A stretch of 46,286 bases of DNA from Candidatus Micrarchaeota archaeon (GTDB lineage: Archaea > Micrarchaeota > Micrarchaeia > Anstonellales > Bilamarchaeaceae), in NCBI GenBank assembly GCA_041694885.1, contig JBGFRX010000013.1, forward strand, positions 1-46,286. Direction: 5' to 3'. The first letter of the stretch is position 1. Every line of letters starts with the position of its first letter. The position numbers and the translations under genes were made by a program. Below are positions 26,728 through 36,178 of this stretch, piece after piece. Below the pieces are notes generated by a model that searched no databases, was not told the origin of the DNA, and worked only from the letters and a program-made list of their open reading frames with translations.

Positions 26728-27890
26728 ATTATGTCACCTACGTTTCCGAAGACCACCTTCTGTTTGCACAATGACGAGAGGTATTTGGCCGCCTTTCCTG
26801 AATTGCAGCCAGTAACCCTGTATCCCATCTCTTCGAGAGGGCACACCACCATGCAGGTGTCTGCAACAACCCTGCCGCCCGCTTTCTCTATTGCTGCAGT
26901 GTATCCAAGTCGGTCTGATATTTTTTTGGTTGCGCGTGCAGTGCACACCCACAAATCGCAATCAAGCGTCTTGCCCTTCACCAGCTCCGCGACTTCCTTT
27001 ATTTCCTGCACCGAAGCATGCGGGCAGCCGATGGTAATCAGGTCCGGTTTAGCGCCGGAATTGAGCCCTTCCTTAGATTCCTTAAGTTCTTTTTCAGTAA
27101 ACGCGATTTTTTCCGGCTTGTCCGAAATCCTGAATTCAGGAGTTGTCCCTTGCACATTGAAAAGCGCCACAGAGCCGGATGCAGCCATCGCTGCGCCCAG
27201 CCCCTTGAGCTTGTCCTCGCTTGCATTTCTTATTCCAGTAAATGCTGGATTCCGGTTTTTGATTACCGGCCCGAGATAATTGCCCATTGCGCCAAAATCA
27301 GCGCTTGTCCTTAGATCTGCTTCCACCTCAACGACAAAATTACAAACCCTGTTCCTGTCCAGATGGAAACCGTATTCAGGAGTTACTCCGCATATAGCAG
27401 CAGCGAGCGCGCTCGGTCCGCCTTCCCGATTGGTGCGTGCGCCGAGAACCGAATTCGCGAATGCAACAGCAGAGCTCTCTGACCATGCGATGTGCTCTCC
27501 AACCTTTGGCCTGAGCCCGATTAAGTAAGGAGTGCATGTACAAGTCATCGTTATTCCAATAGAGGCGTACGCATCAAGGACTTCTATCTGCTTTTTTGCG
27601 AATTCCTCCGGAATCTTCATCTCCTTCCATTGCTCCCTGTCCATGCCTGCAGGATTGAGGAAAGACGGTATCTTCACTTTCGCACCACTTTTAGACATGC
27701 GCTGGAGGTATTCCAGCCCAGCATCCCCGATTGTTTTATAGGAAACACCTGCTATCTGGGCTGAGCTTATCGGTATCATCCTTTCCGCGCCATAGATTTT
27801 CCCGAGCGCGATGAGGATTTCCATGGACTGGCGCGCCGCCTCGCCCATTTCGCCATTGTATATCTTCTGCTCGGTTTTTGAGAGCATCAT
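26718..27890 (-). CDS. Phosphomevalonate dehydratase large subunit (aconitase X)
   Basis: GVSY, TCTPY, WSESSAV..ANS, GCPH, DTC. Confidence 0.9.
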   Translation of the reverse strand: MMLSKTEQKIYNGEMGEAARQSMEILIALGKIYGAERMIPISSAQIAGVSYKTIGDAGLEYLQRMSKSGAKVKIPSFLNPAGMDREQWKEMKIPEEFAKKQIEVLDAYASIGITMTCTCTPYLIGLRPKVGEHIAWSESSAVAFANSVLGARTNREGGPSALAAAICGVTPEYGFHLDRNRVCNFVVEVEADLRTSADFGAMGNYLGPVIKNRNPAFTGIRNASEDKLKGLGAAMAASGSVALFNVQGTTPEFRISDKPEKIAFTEKELKESKEGLNSGAKPDLITIGCPHASVQEIKEVAELVKGKTLDCDLWVCTARATKKISDRLGYTAAIEKAGGRVVADTCMVVCPLEEMGYRVTGCNSGKAAKYLSSLCKQKVVFGNVGDIICR

Positions 27891-29197
27891 TCCCGCACCT
27901 GCAAATAGTCCTCCGGGTTCACCTTCATCCATTCGGCTTTCCCGAAATTCTTGCCGTGCGCAACGAGCGGCTTCGTTGCATCCATACCCATTTTCGAGGT
28001 GGTGTACGTGTGCGGATCAGCAGAAGGGTCGAGCGAGGAGCCTTTTTCGTTTTCCTTTATCATCAGCCCTTTGCCCGCCTGAAGCCGCGTTGCAACGGCC
28101 CATTCAACAGAATTCGTATCGTAAATATCTATGTCATCGTCAACAACTATCACGTGCTTGAGGGACTTGTGGCCTTTGAAAGCCGCTTCTATCGCATTTC
28201 TTCCATCATCCTTGTTCTTCTTTTTTATCGCTACAACTGCATGAAGCCAGGAGCAGCCGCCGGGCGTTATGTTCACGCCTCTGCACTCGCACACCTTGCC
28301 CACTTCATTGAATATCGTCGGCTCGCGTGGTAGGCCCATCAGGATTTTGTGCTCCAATGCACCTGGAAGCAACGCATGGTATATGGGATTTTTCCTGTGG
28401 TGCACTTTCGTGATTTTCATAACACGCTGCTTTCTCACTATGTCATAGGTTTCGGTGAGGTCTATGAACGGTCCTTCGTCCGCCATTTCGTTCATGATCC
28501 TGCCTTCGAATGCGAATTCAGCGTCACTAGGCACTTCTATTCCATTGCCCAGCCGCACCGTTTTGAAGGGCATGAGCGAATTCGCGATTTCCAGTTCGTC
28601 TTTTCCCAGTTCGATGGAAGTCGCGCCTGCAAGTAACACGTTTATCGGCGCACCTATTACGAACGCAACGTCTAATTCGCCCCCTGCCTTTTTTATATAC
28701 TCGTTTAAATGCCTTGGGAGTATCCTCATTACGACCCTGTCTTTTCCAATGACCATCATCCTGTGGAAGGAGCAGTTCCTTCCCAATTCACTGTCCTGAG
28801 CTATCACCACTCCCGCGGACAGATATGGTCCGCCGTCTTTTTCTGCATGGAACAGAATTGGGTATTCGGAAAGGTCAACTTCCTTTTCGGTAATTTCAAG
28901 CACAGGGCCTGTTTTCACGAGTTCGGGCTTGCTCGGACTGTTTATCGCCCGCGCGATTCTCAGGATAAGCTCACCTTTCCTTATTCCAAGACAATCGCAA
29001 ATAAGTTCGCGGGTGGAAAAAAGGTTTCCCGCAACTCGCGCATCCGGATTCTCCTTTATTTTTTCGCTATAAACTGCTTTTCCGTCCAGCGCCTTGAGCA
29101 CTCCTGCGAGCTCGAGATGCTTTGATATGGGTTTTTTCAAGTCGATAATTTTGCCTTCTTTCCTCAATTGCCCGATAAAATCCCTGAAACTTTTCAT
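27887..29197 (-). CDS. UbiD-family decarboxylase (putative anhydromevalonate phosphate decarboxylase)
   Basis: DGGPY, EGPF, VVDDDID; adjacent to AcnX and UbiX. Confidence 0.9.
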   Translation of the reverse strand: MKSFRDFIGQLRKEGKIIDLKKPISKHLELAGVLKALDGKAVYSEKIKENPDARVAGNLFSTRELICDCLGIRKGELILRIARAINSPSKPELVKTGPVLEITEKEVDLSEYPILFHAEKDGGPYLSAGVVIAQDSELGRNCSFHRMMVIGKDRVVMRILPRHLNEYIKKAGGELDVAFVIGAPINVLLAGATSIELGKDELEIANSLMPFKTVRLGNGIEVPSDAEFAFEGRIMNEMADEGPFIDLTETYDIVRKQRVMKITKVHHRKNPIYHALLPGALEHKILMGLPREPTIFNEVGKVCECRGVNITPGGCSWLHAVVAIKKKNKDDGRNAIEAAFKGHKSLKHVIVVDDDIDIYDTNSVEWAVATRLQAGKGLMIKENEKGSSLDPSADPHTYTTSKMGMDATKPLVAHGKNFGKAEWMKVNPEDYLQVRE

Positions 29198-29730
29198 TTG
29201 CCCCACCTTTTCATGAGTTTGTGCTTTATTCCAAGCTGGTCGAGCACCCTTGCAGTCATGAAGTCAACTAGATCGTCAATTTTTTTCGGGTTCCCGTAGA
29301 AGCCGGGCGATGCGGGCATAATCACTCCTCCTGCAAGCGCAACTGTTTCCATATTTTTTATCGTTATGAGGGAGTAAGGAGTGTCCCTTACCACCAGAAT
29401 CAGATTTTTCCTTTCCTTCAGCGCCACTTCAGCAGCCCGGGTAATGAGCGATTTGCCCACTCCGTTTGCTATTTCGCCCAGTGTCTTGAGCGAGCACGGG
29501 ACAACCACAACTGCGTCAGGTGGATTGGAGCCAGACGTATAAGGACAATAAAAATCGAATTCTTCGTAATCCGCCCCGGGCAGCGCTTCCTTCTCCGCTT
29601 CCGCGACTTTTTTCGCACCCGAACTGACTACGACCTTGCAATCCACTCCGTTCGTTGCCTTGAGCGCCGAGACAAGGCGCCTGGCATATCGTATGCCAGA
29701 AGCGCCTGTTATCGCAACTAGAACTCTCAT
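29194..29730 (-). CDS. ubiX: Flavin prenyltransferase UbiX
   Basis: ITGASG, SGS, PCS.KTL, R.TP, PGFY. Confidence 0.93.
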   Translation of the reverse strand: MRVLVAITGASGIRYARRLVSALKATNGVDCKVVVSSGAKKVAEAEKEALPGADYEEFDFYCPYTSGSNPPDAVVVVPCSLKTLGEIANGVGKSLITRAAEVALKERKNLILVVRDTPYSLITIKNMETVALAGGVIMPASPGFYGNPKKIDDLVDFMTARVLDQLGIKHKLMKRWGK

Positions 29731-29780
29731 AAATTCAGTTCCGCGAACCTTTATTAAATCCTTTTCGGCAAGATAAACCC

Positions 29781-30539
29781 ATGAAAATACTGAAGATAGG
29801 GGGCAGCTTCATAACTAAAAAATCCGGCTACCTGGAACTGGAAACAGGAAACCTTGCCCTGTTCACCAAAACAGTATCCGGAATATGGAAAAAAGGGATT
29901 CGTGACTTCATACTCGTTCACGGCGCCGGCTCGTTCGGCCATGCGCTCGTCCTGAAATACGGCATAAACGATGGTGTGAAGACAAGGGAGCAGAAAATCG
30001 GCTTTGCAGATACCCACGCCTCGTGCAGCGAACTGTCCATGCGTCTGGTGCATGCGCTCATAAAGGAAGGCGTGCCTGCAATATCCCTGCCGCCCGCAGC
30101 AGTGCTCGAGCAGAAAAAAAAGCGCATTTCGAAATTCAACGATGTGCTTGTGAGGGCCTACTCGAGGGCTGGTTTCCTGCCTGTTCTTTACGGAGACATG
30201 GTCCCGGACAGCGCACTCGGCGGCTCTGTCTGCTCCGGGGATCAGATAGTTGCCTATTTGGGAAAAGATGTGGAATTCATAGTGCTTGCAACAAGCGTGG
30301 ACGGCGTGCTTGATGATAATGGCAAGGTTATTGCGAAAATAACCTCCGATAATTTCGAGGAAGTCAAAAAGCACCTGAAAAAAAACGATAAGGACGTTAC
30401 AGGTGCAATGGAAGGGAAACTTAAGGAACTTCTTGCCTTGGACACCGTTTCCTATATTGTGAATGCGGCGCATCCGGAACGGCTGGAGGCGCTCATGCTC
30501 GGAAGGAAGGCGATTTGCACGGAAGTGCGGAAAAACTAA
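29781..30539 (+). CDS. Isopentenyl phosphate kinase
   Basis: LKIGGS.IT.K, HGAGSFGH, SGD, DVTG.M.GK. Confidence 0.9.
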   Translation: MKILKIGGSFITKKSGYLELETGNLALFTKTVSGIWKKGIRDFILVHGAGSFGHALVLKYGINDGVKTREQKIGFADTHASCSELSMRLVHALIKEGVPAISLPPAAVLEQKKKRISKFNDVLVRAYSRAGFLPVLYGDMVPDSALGGSVCSGDQIVAYLGKDVEFIVLATSVDGVLDDNGKVIAKITSDNFEEVKKHLKKNDKDVTGAMEGKLKELLALDTVSYIVNAAHPERLEALMLGRKAICTEVRKN

Positions 30540-30564
30540 GATTTATCTGAACCAAACGGATAGT

Positions 30565-31227
30565 ATGGTAAGCATCAAATGGCTCACACCATCTCTTTTG
30601 GAAAAAATTATGCGCGAGGCGGGAAAAAGAGGCGCGCCCGTATTCAAAATCAGCTCATTCACCAAAAGGGACAAATTCAGGTCCTTGGTTTTCACCGTCC
30701 TTTCCGCAAGGACAAAGGATAAAACCACCATCAAGGCGTGCAGAAAATTGTTTGCGGAATTCAGGAATGCGGAACAGTTTGCTGTTGCGGATGGAAAGCA
30801 AATCGAAAAACTGATTTACGGAGTTGGTTTTTACCGCACAAAGGCGAAACATATAGTTGAATTGGCGAAAAAACTGAACGAGGAGTTTGGGGGAGAAGTT
30901 CCGGCTGATTTCAACTCTCTTATTTCCCTGCCCGGAGTCGGAAGGAAAACCGCAAACGTGGTTTTGGCGCTCGTGTTCGGAAAAAATGCGATAGGGGTGG
31001 ACGTGCACGTGCACCGTATTTCCAACCGCCTCGGAATAGTAAGGACGAAAAGACCGGAGGAAACGGAAAAGGAATTGGTGAGGATTATTCAAAAAAACCT
31101 GCACAGGACTCTAAACATTGCGCTTGTTTCCCACGGCCAGACAACCTGCTTGCCCAAGGTTCCTTTCTGCTCGCGCTGCGTTATCAGGGAATACTGCAAA
31201 AGAATTGGAGTGAAGAAGTCAGGATGA
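30565..31227 (+). CDS. nth: Endonuclease III
   Basis: LPGVGRKTA HhH, VDVHVHR, Cx6Cx2Cx5C. Confidence 0.95.
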   Translation: MVSIKWLTPSLLEKIMREAGKRGAPVFKISSFTKRDKFRSLVFTVLSARTKDKTTIKACRKLFAEFRNAEQFAVADGKQIEKLIYGVGFYRTKAKHIVELAKKLNEEFGGEVPADFNSLISLPGVGRKTANVVLALVFGKNAIGVDVHVHRISNRLGIVRTKRPEETEKELVRIIQKNLHRTLNIALVSHGQTTCLPKVPFCSRCVIREYCKRIGVKKSG

Positions 31228-31333
31228 GCTGCGAAAGCTATAAAAATTGTTTCAGCAGGCAGGTTATTCTGGAGTTTCAGCAAAATTCGTTACGGTCTTG
31301 CTTTTCGCAGCAAAACCCTCCACTTTGCTAAGA

Positions 31334-31456
31334 TGCAAGGAGCAGGATTTGAACCTGCGTAGCTGCTAGAGCACCAACCCCTGAAGCTGGCACGTTTGGC
31401 CTCCGTTTCAAAACCCGGAACTCGAAACGGATTTGACCGGGCTCCGCCATCCTTGC
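31334..31456 (-). tRNA. tRNA-Leu(CAG) with a 37-nt D-loop intron (31396..31432)
   Basis: Acceptor GCAAGGA/TCCTTGC; long variable arm; GGTC AA^A ... GGCC AA^A splice motif. Confidence 0.9.
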
Positions 31457-31490
31457 GCTTTATTTTCTCTTTCCTCGTTAAAATGATCTC

Positions 31491-31543
31491 CTGTTTCCCG
31501 TCTCCAGTTCTGAATAGGACGCGAGACAGAAAACGGGAAACCG
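31491..31543. repeat. Heptamer inverted repeat in the tRNA-Gln/tRNA-Leu spacer
   Basis: GTTTCCCGT ... ACGGGAAAC arms with 7-nt periodicity. Confidence 0.6.
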
Positions 31544-31578
31544 TCCAATTCAGCAAGCCAGCCGAATAAAACAACCTT

Positions 31579-31690
31579 TAGCCCCGACCGGATTCGAACC
31601 AGTGTCACAAGGTATCTCCGAAACCGGAAACCCGAGAGAGGAAACCGTTTTTCCAGAGCCTCGTATCCTTGACCGCTAGACTACGGGGCT
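31579..31690 (-). tRNA. tRNA-Gln(CTG) with a 39-nt canonical 37/38 intron (31614..31652)
   Basis: Acceptor AGCCCCG/CGGGGCT; CTCT GG^A ... GGAG AT^A. Confidence 0.92.
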
Positions 31691-31771
31691 TTCAGTAGCA
31701 ATATAGAATAATAATATTATCCTGCAAACGTTTTTATATTGTATATCGGAAATACAGCCAAGGTGGTAATA

Positions 31772-32554
31772 ATGTCTTTGGAATCTTTAGCGACGTGCGC
31801 AATGCCCATAGCGATCGCCGGCGGGATAGTCCTTTTGGGCGCGATAAGGATAATCATGCAGTACGAGGCAGGAGTGGTTTTCACTTTGGGAAAGTACTCG
31901 GGCATAGCGAATCCGGGCCTTAACCTGATAATTCCGGTTATACAATCAATAAGCACAGTAGATACGAGAATCCTTACCATAGATATCCCGAAGCAGGAAG
32001 TGATGACAAAAGACAATGTTCCGCTCGGAGTCAATGGAGTTGTATTCTATAGGGTGGAGGACCCCGAAAAGGCGGTGCTCAAAATACAGAACTACCACTA
32101 TTCGATTTCGCAGTACGCGCAGACCGCGCTCAGGGACATAGTTGGGAGTAAGGACATGGACACCGTGCTCACCAATAGGGACGAGGTCGCGAACGAGATA
32201 AAGGCCATAGTGGACAAGGAAACCATTGAATGGGGAGTTGACATCACAAATATAAAGATACAGGACATTGAGCTTCCTGCAGACATGAAAAGGATAATGG
32301 CGAAGCAGGCGGAAGCTGAAAGGGACAAGAGGGCGAAGATAATAGAAAGCGAAGGCGAGCTCCTTGCTTCGGAAAAGGTTTCACAGGCGGCGAACCTCCT
32401 TGCCAAAACCCCTGGCGGCTTGCACCTGAAAACGCTGCTCACAATCTCCAATGTGGCTGCGTTCGACGGCAACTCCATCGTTTTTGTCACTCCCATAGAG
32501 CTGCTCGAATCGCTCAAGGGAGTAGCTAGCTTAGGAGACAAAAAGAAGATTTAG
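31772..32554 (+). CDS. SPFH/stomatin-like protein, copy 1
   Basis: YE.GVVFTLG, PGL, QEVMTKDNV, QAEAER. Confidence 0.93.
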   Translation: MSLESLATCAMPIAIAGGIVLLGAIRIIMQYEAGVVFTLGKYSGIANPGLNLIIPVIQSISTVDTRILTIDIPKQEVMTKDNVPLGVNGVVFYRVEDPEKAVLKIQNYHYSISQYAQTALRDIVGSKDMDTVLTNRDEVANEIKAIVDKETIEWGVDITNIKIQDIELPADMKRIMAKQAEAERDKRAKIIESEGELLASEKVSQAANLLAKTPGGLHLKTLLTISNVAAFDGNSIVFVTPIELLESLKGVASLGDKKKI

Positions 32555-33601
32555 CTCCCTGTTTTGAGGGCAAAATATGATGAGTGCAGTCAGCGGATTC
32601 CTCAAGGACAGGAAGAACGTCATTCTATTGGTCCTTTTCGTACTTTTCGTCGTACTTTTCGTAGCAGGCGAATTCATATATTCCGCATATGTAGAACTAA
32701 TACTACTCTTCGCATTCCTCGTGTTCGGAGTACTTTCCATTATATGGAAGAGCAAGCAGGCGCGCCGCCTCACGCTTACCCTGCTGCTCGTGCTCTTGTT
32801 CCTAAAGTTCGGCATTGATTTCTTAGGGGAAACCAGTTTGTTCGTAGCAATCGTAGGCGGGATAGTCCTTTTGGGCGCGATAAGGATAATCATGCAGTAC
32901 GAGGCAGGAGTGGTTTTCACTTTGGGAAAGTACTCGGGCATAGCGAATCCGGGCCTTAACCTGATAATTCCGGTTATACAATCAATAAGCACAGTAGATA
33001 CGAGAATCCTTACCATAGATATCCCGAAGCAGGAAGTGATGACAAAAGACAATGTTCCGCTCGGAGTCAATGGAGTTGTATTCTATAGGGTGGAGGACCC
33101 CGAAAAGGCGGTGCTCAAAATACAGAACTACCACTATTCGATTTCGCAGTACGCGCAGACCGCGCTCAGGGACATAGTTGGGAGTAAGGACATGGACACC
33201 GTGCTCACCAATAGGGACGAGGTCGCGAACGAGATAAAGGCCATAGTGGACAAGGAAACCATTGAATGGGGAGTTGACATCACAAATATAAAGATACAGG
33301 ACATTGAGCTTCCTGCAGACATGAAAAGGATAATGGCGAAGCAGGCGGAAGCTGAAAGGGACAAGAGGGCGAAGATAATAGAAAGCGAAGGCGAGCTCCT
33401 TGCTTCGGAAAAGGTTTCACAGGCGGCGAACCTCCTTGCCAAAACCCCTGGCGGCTTGCACCTGAAAACGCTGCTCACAATCTCCAATGTGGCTGCGTTC
33501 GACGGCAACTCCATCGTTTTTGTCACTCCCATAGAGCTGCTCGAATCGCTCAAGGGAGTAGCTGGCTTAGGAGACAAAAAGAAGAATTAGCCCCCTGTTT
33601 T
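31820..33601 (+). repeat. Near-identical direct repeat of ~745 bp (31820..32565 and 32856..33601), offset 1036 bp
   Basis: Direct comparison; differences seen only near the ends. Confidence 0.9.
32577..33590 (+). CDS. SPFH protein copy 2 with a SecD-derived N-terminus (chimera)
   Basis: First ~88 aa match the SecD N-terminus at 42169; the rest matches copy 1. Confidence 0.88.
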   Translation: MMSAVSGFLKDRKNVILLVLFVLFVVLFVAGEFIYSAYVELILLFAFLVFGVLSIIWKSKQARRLTLTLLLVLLFLKFGIDFLGETSLFVAIVGGIVLLGAIRIIMQYEAGVVFTLGKYSGIANPGLNLIIPVIQSISTVDTRILTIDIPKQEVMTKDNVPLGVNGVVFYRVEDPEKAVLKIQNYHYSISQYAQTALRDIVGSKDMDTVLTNRDEVANEIKAIVDKETIEWGVDITNIKIQDIELPADMKRIMAKQAEAERDKRAKIIESEGELLASEKVSQAANLLAKTPGGLHLKTLLTISNVAAFDGNSIVFVTPIELLESLKGVAGLGDKKKN

Positions 33602-33718
33602 TATTCTTTTTTATCCTGATTCTATTATTTCAAACACAGAAGCGAAATTGAAACCCCGATGTTCAGTCATGCCGAACAGACAGTCGCAACAGGCGACTGG
33701 AAAGAGGGAACTTTTCCC

Positions 33719-33790
33719 GGGCTGGTAGATCAACGGTAGATCGCGTCGTTCGCAACGACGAGGCTGAGGGTTCGAATCCCTCCCCGTCCA
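33719..33790 (+). tRNA. tRNA-Ala(CGC), intronless
   Basis: Cloverleaf, G3:U70, CGTCG-TTCGCAA-CGACG; one U5:C68 mismatch. Confidence 0.9.
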
Positions 33791-33850
33791 TATTATTACC
33801 AGTTACTGTTTCCGGTCCATTTTGAAATCAGCATTCAGATTTTCCAGCAT

Positions 33851-34906
33851 TCATTTTATGTAACCCTTCTTCACCAAATACTCGGCAACTAATATCTCCC
33901 CTTTCGCAGCGCCTTTCTTCGTATTATGGGAAAGCACCACGTATTTGATCCCGTTCGGGAAAACGTCGTCCTTCCTTAGCCGGCCTACAGTGATGCTCAT
34001 CCCATTGTTTGCATCCCTGTCTCTTCTCGGCTGGGGCCGGTTGTCCTCGTTCCTGATCACAATGCTTTCCCCAGGCGCAGAAGGCAAATCCCCGAATTCC
34101 TTTCTGAATCGTTCGTTGAATTTCGCAATCGCTTTCCTGTAACCATCAGGCGTGCACTGCTTCTCCGTTTCCACGAAAACGGTTTCCGTATGCCCTTCGC
34201 GCACGTTCACTCTCGTGCACGTGCAGCTCACCCTGAATGCAGCGTTTTTCGTCCCATTACCAAATATTTTCACAGTTTCCTTTTGCACTTTCTCCTCTTC
34301 TTTTGCAATAAAAGGGATGAGATTGTCTATTATATCCAGGGAAGGCACGCCCGGATAGCCCGCGCCAGAAAGCGCCTGCATCGAAGTCATGAACACATTC
34401 TTTATCCCGAATTCATCGTAAATTGGCTTCAAGCTTACTGCAAGCCCCACAGTAGTGCAGTTCGGTCCAGGAACCACAAATCCCTTCCAGCCCCTTTTCT
34501 TCTGGGTTTCAATCAGGCCTGCATGTTCCACATTCACTTCAGGAATGAGGATGGGAACGTCTTCGTCATACCTGAATGCAGAGGTTGTGCTTATCACCGG
34601 CTTCTCCTTTGCGCATTTTTCCTCTGCATCGCGCGCAATCTCCCCAGGAAGAGCGGAAAATATTATATCGTACTGCTTGAGGTCGTCCCCTATTTTGGCG
34701 ACATCCTTTACAACCATCGCGGCTATCCCCGGCTCCATGTCCCCATCCTGATGCCATGTTGCTGCTTCGGAATATTTTTTCCCCGCCGATTTCTCCGAAG
34801 CGTAAAGCCCTGTTATTTCGAACCATGGATGGTTCCTGCACACCTCTATGAACTGCTGTCCAGCAACCCCGGTAGCCCCCAATACCGCACATCTGTATCT
34901 TTTCAT
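33851..34906 (-). CDS. asd: Aspartate-semialdehyde dehydrogenase
   Basis: GATG..GQ, PEVN, PNCT, QALSGAG, EEEK, HNT..GAA. Confidence 0.95.
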   Translation of the reverse strand: MKRYRCAVLGATGVAGQQFIEVCRNHPWFEITGLYASEKSAGKKYSEAATWHQDGDMEPGIAAMVVKDVAKIGDDLKQYDIIFSALPGEIARDAEEKCAKEKPVISTTSAFRYDEDVPILIPEVNVEHAGLIETQKKRGWKGFVVPGPNCTTVGLAVSLKPIYDEFGIKNVFMTSMQALSGAGYPGVPSLDIIDNLIPFIAKEEEKVQKETVKIFGNGTKNAAFRVSCTCTRVNVREGHTETVFVETEKQCTPDGYRKAIAKFNERFRKEFGDLPSAPGESIVIRNEDNRPQPRRDRDANNGMSITVGRLRKDDVFPNGIKYVVLSHNTKKGAAKGEILVAEYLVKKGYIK

Positions 34907-34940
34907 CAAAATCACCACCCGTGCTTCGTTCGTTTTTGCC

Positions 34941-36140
34941 TTACCTGTTGAGCACTGTCCCAAGCAGTTCTACTCCTTCCTTTATCTTCTCTTCCTTTTG
35001 CGTAATCGCAATCCTCACGTATCCGTCGCCGTATTCCCCGAACGCGGTGCCGGGCGTGACAACCACTCCTTTTTCGAGCGCCTTCATCGCGAATTCCATC
35101 GGCTTCATCCCAGTGCTCCGTATATTCACCCACACGTAGAAAGTCCCCTTCGGCTTTTTCGCAGCAAGCCCTATCCTGCTTAGCCCGCTCACGAGCGCAT
35201 CCCTTCTTTTCGCGTATTCGCGGAATATTTCCTCTACCTCCCCAGGTTTCTTCCCATCCCTGTAGGAATCGAGCGCAATTGCCCCTGCTTTCTGTATGTA
35301 AACGGGAACTCCGGAATCGATGTTTTCCTTCGCCTTCCCCAAGCCCTTTACTATTTTTTCGTTTCCCACCGCAAAGCCAAGTCGGTCGCCGGTCATGCAG
35401 AATGTTTTGGAAAGCGAATGGAATTCCATAACCGCGTCCTTTTTCATGTCTGCGACCTCGAAAATGGAAGGAGCGACATAATCGTCAAATGTGAATTCCG
35501 AGTATGCATTGTCGTAAGCAAGGACTATCTCATGCTCCCTGCAGAATTCGAGCGCCTCTTCCAGAAATTTCTTATTGCACACAGCTCCAGTAGGGTTGTT
35601 GGGATAATTGAGGAACATGAGCTTCGCCTTCTCCGCGTCCTCTTTCTTCACCGCATCCAAATCCGGTAGAAAATCGTTTTCCTCGAACAAAGGCATCTTC
35701 ACTGCAATTCCGTCGGAAAGTATCGTAGTTCCATTCGCGTAAACCGGATAGCCGGGATCAGGGCACAGCACAATATCTCCAGAATCCACGAGTGCCCTGC
35801 CGATGTTCGCGATTGCTTCCTTCGCGCCTATTGTCGCGACTATTTCGCTCCGCGCATCCGCATGAACTCCAAATCTCTTTCCCATGAACCGCGAGACCGC
35901 CTCCCTGAAAAACAGCTCTCCTTCATAGGAAGGGTAGTTGTGATTTTTCGGCTCAGACGCTTCCTTCGCAAGCGCGTCTAATATGAATTTGGGAGTTGGA
36001 ATGTCCGGATCCCCCACTGCGAGCGAAATTATCGCAGTTCCTTTCTTTATCTGCTCCTGTTTCAACCGGTCTAAGTCCGCAAATGGATATACGGGCATCC
36101 TCTCCAGCCGCTTCGCATATACGCTCTTCATCGTTTCCAC
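34941..36140 (-). CDS. dapL: LL-diaminopimelate aminotransferase-like PLP enzyme
   Basis: GDPD, NYPNNPTG, DNAYSE, HSLSKT..MTG.R, NIDSG; in dap operon. Confidence 0.8.
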   Translation of the reverse strand: METMKSVYAKRLERMPVYPFADLDRLKQEQIKKGTAIISLAVGDPDIPTPKFILDALAKEASEPKNHNYPSYEGELFFREAVSRFMGKRFGVHADARSEIVATIGAKEAIANIGRALVDSGDIVLCPDPGYPVYANGTTILSDGIAVKMPLFEENDFLPDLDAVKKEDAEKAKLMFLNYPNNPTGAVCNKKFLEEALEFCREHEIVLAYDNAYSEFTFDDYVAPSIFEVADMKKDAVMEFHSLSKTFCMTGDRLGFAVGNEKIVKGLGKAKENIDSGVPVYIQKAGAIALDSYRDGKKPGEVEEIFREYAKRRDALVSGLSRIGLAAKKPKGTFYVWVNIRSTGMKPMEFAMKALEKGVVVTPGTAFGEYGDGYVRIAITQKEEKIKEGVELLGTVLNR

Positions 36141-36178
36141 ATTTCCATCAGATATTCATTCGCTCTTTCCATTCCAGC

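Noticed and set aside
31691-33718. tRNA-integrated mobile element
   Set aside because: No integrase and no duplicated tRNA 3' end (att site) seen
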